A stretch of DNA of 64,000 nucleotides, from contig MU626338.1 in assembly GCA_025603075.1 (NCBI GenBank), positions 27,271 through 91,270 on the forward strand, given 5' to 3'. The translations under genes and the position numbers were made by a program. The notes below the pieces were generated by a model that saw nothing but the letters and a program-made list of their open reading frames with translations, was not told the origin of the DNA and did not search any database. This DNA comes from Neoconidiobolus thromboides FSU 785 (lineage: Eukaryota; Fungi; Entomophthoromycota). Within the stretch, counting starts at the first letter, position 1; each line of letters begins with the position of its first letter. This document shows, piece after piece, positions 62,410 to 64,000 of the stretch.

Positions 62410-62790
62410 AGTATATTTTCAATTGTTTTTAAAAACTAAAGAGATTTATAACAAAAAGGTTGAAGTAATTCATTGGTATTTATAAATCAGGGATTGAGGG
62501 ATTGATTGGCTGAGAAAAAAGGTAATCAATTAAATTAATATTTAGTTTTACACCAACATTGTTATTTATTATAATTGATATATGTTTTAATAAATTATTG
62601 CTATATAAAATGAAATCATGTTCCATTTTTAAAATAATAACATCTATTAAATCACACTACTAAAGACAAATATATAATACCGATGGAAATTAGTAACAAT
62701 ATATCAATATATATTTGGTAGTTGATAATTTAATACCCAGCAGCTATATATTGGTAATGTTATATACTAAAATAGTTGAATTTACTTTTA

Positions 62791-62923
62791 TAAAATTCTT
62801 AAACACAAAAATACATCCCCATATGAAGATGTATTTTTGTGTTTAAGAATTTTACTAACAATTTTTCCACTCAAATAACGCTTAAAAGATGAAAAAAATA
62901 CTGAAGCTAAAAAAAACATCTCC
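62791..62923 (+). mobile_element. MITE copy 7 (62825-62923) plus an inverted 30-bp terminal fragment (62791-62820) sharing one ATAT
   Basis: TAAAATTCTTAAACACAAAAATACATCCCC|ATAT|GAAGATGTATTTTTGTGTTTAAGAATTTTA...AAAAAAACATCTCC|ATAT. Confidence 0.88.
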
Positions 62924-63649
62924 ATATTGTTTTTTACTCATTTGGTATGGATTTAGTATTATAGCAAATTTAATATGAATCTTTACATAGAAAACTACAG
63001 CAATAGATTGAGTAAGAAGTTAACTAAAATCAATATTAGTACAGCAATGATAAGTAACTGTGTATTAAAATAGCATTAGTAGTTAATGATCTTTGCACTT
63101 GAACTTAGAGAAATTAAGTTGAGATTTTACTAAAAAAATTTACAAGAAAATGAGATCTTTAAAGTGGAGTGAAGCGCCTAGTAGGATTAAGAAGTAGTTG
63201 AACTTATTTTTCGCCTTCGATCTTATTAGTGTATAACACATAAATACAAATTCATGACTTATAAAAGCTTTCGAGTCAACCACCAGAGTACATATATGAA
63301 AGGTAGAGCCTATGGAAGTAAAGTTGAGTCGATAGAATTTTCATGAAGGATCTATGTTATTAAAAAGATAGTGATAATTTAGTATTCGATTTTATAATTA
63401 CTAGGGCACTAGTTAAATTCTGTGACGGTTTTTTTATCGGATGTATCATCGTAGCATTATATTATATGGTTATGATTATTTAAATTAGTTTTTGTATTTG
63501 TTTTTACTATATTTATAGCTACTAAATATAATTTATATTAACAATTAATAATATGTTTTTATTTAAAAAGAGAGGAAAATTAGAATAGTTTTTTAACGGA
63601 TTTAGTAATATCACCCCAATTGTCTTTAACATAGCCTTTTGCAAGTTCA

Positions 63650-64000
63650 CTACTTTCTTAAGACTTGTTGACGAACCCCTCTAAGGACAGCTGCCTTTTC
63701 ATCATATTGGGCTCCTTTATATTCATTTAAGATCATTTCATCTGCAGTAGGACCTAAAATAGCATTAGTAGTAGCAGCCAAAACTAAACCTGCATATGGA
63801 ATAGCTGAAATTCCAGAAATCACTGCAGTTCTCATATAGTCTAAGGCCTTGTTATTGTAAGCCAATTCGGAAGCGTTAATAAGATTTACATTATGCATAC
63901 ATGAAGCCACACTAGATGCAGGGTACTTTTCACCACTATTAGCACAATAATAACCTCGTCTAAGTTCTACTGTTTTACCGCCAGGTGCACATTCTGACTT
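63650..64000 (-). CDS. Hypothetical Cys-containing protein with an amphipathic/hydrophobic segment (5' part outside the window)
   Basis: The frame is open from the window edge: KSECAPGGKTVELRRGYYCANSGEKYPASSVASCMHNV...TAVISGISAIPYAGLVLAATTNAILGP...QVLRK*. Confidence 0.6.
   Translation of the reverse strand, partial: KSECAPGGKTVELRRGYYCANSGEKYPASSVASCMHNVNLINASELAYNNKALDYMRTAVISGISAIPYAGLVLAATTNAILGPTADEMILNEYKGAQYDEKAAVLRGVRQQVLRK

Noticed and set aside
11237-63660. In-frame TAA/TAG in several frames suggesting stop-codon reassignment
   Set aside because: Long conserved ORFs (SPT7 1242 aa, THI5, CBS/PB1) use CAA/CAG and have no internal stops, and TAA, TAG and TGA all end genes. The cases are explained by introns or decay.
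1-64000. tRNA, rRNA, snRNA or CRISPR
   Set aside because: I found no T-loop/cloverleaf, rRNA or U-snRNA signatures by eye and no repeat-spacer array. tRNAscan-SE or Infernal would be needed to exclude them fully.

Overview
Eukaryotic, very AT-rich, gene-dense window with many short (about 40-60 nt) GT-AG introns. Gene content and architecture suggest an early-diverging fungus (Zoopagomycota/Mucoromycota type, Conidiobolus-like); this is inferred, not verified. I reconstructed about 27 protein-coding genes by hand. Most are housekeeping genes: DBF2-type kinase, BUB3-like, homeobox, Rsc58/BRD7-like, HMG-CoA lyase, RNA14, THI5, alpha/beta hydrolase, SPT7, JJJ1, CBS/PB1, YRB30-like, NSE3, TIP20/RINT1, CCCH+PUF, ERG9, degenerate AAA, SmE, MAPEG, RRM, NDUFB3, MDE1, CLPTM1, ARMC7-like and MAG1. 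I saw no rRNA, tRNA, CRISPR array or biosynthetic cluster. The best non-obvious signals are: (i) a ~99-bp MITE family (6 complete and 2 partial copies) with GGGG...CCCC termini and a 4-bp ATWT target-site duplication, sitting mostly in 3' gene flanks; (ii) a 131-nt hairpin with perfect 30-bp arms; (iii) an Rsc58/BRD7-like gene that needs a 7-nt microexon and possibly a GC-AG intron; (iv) an ARMC7-like (minor-spliceosome-associated) gene with no U12 introns in the window; (v) a decayed Tc1/mariner transposase. All homology calls are by eye and from memory; no database searches were run. Exon boundaries are manual predictions.
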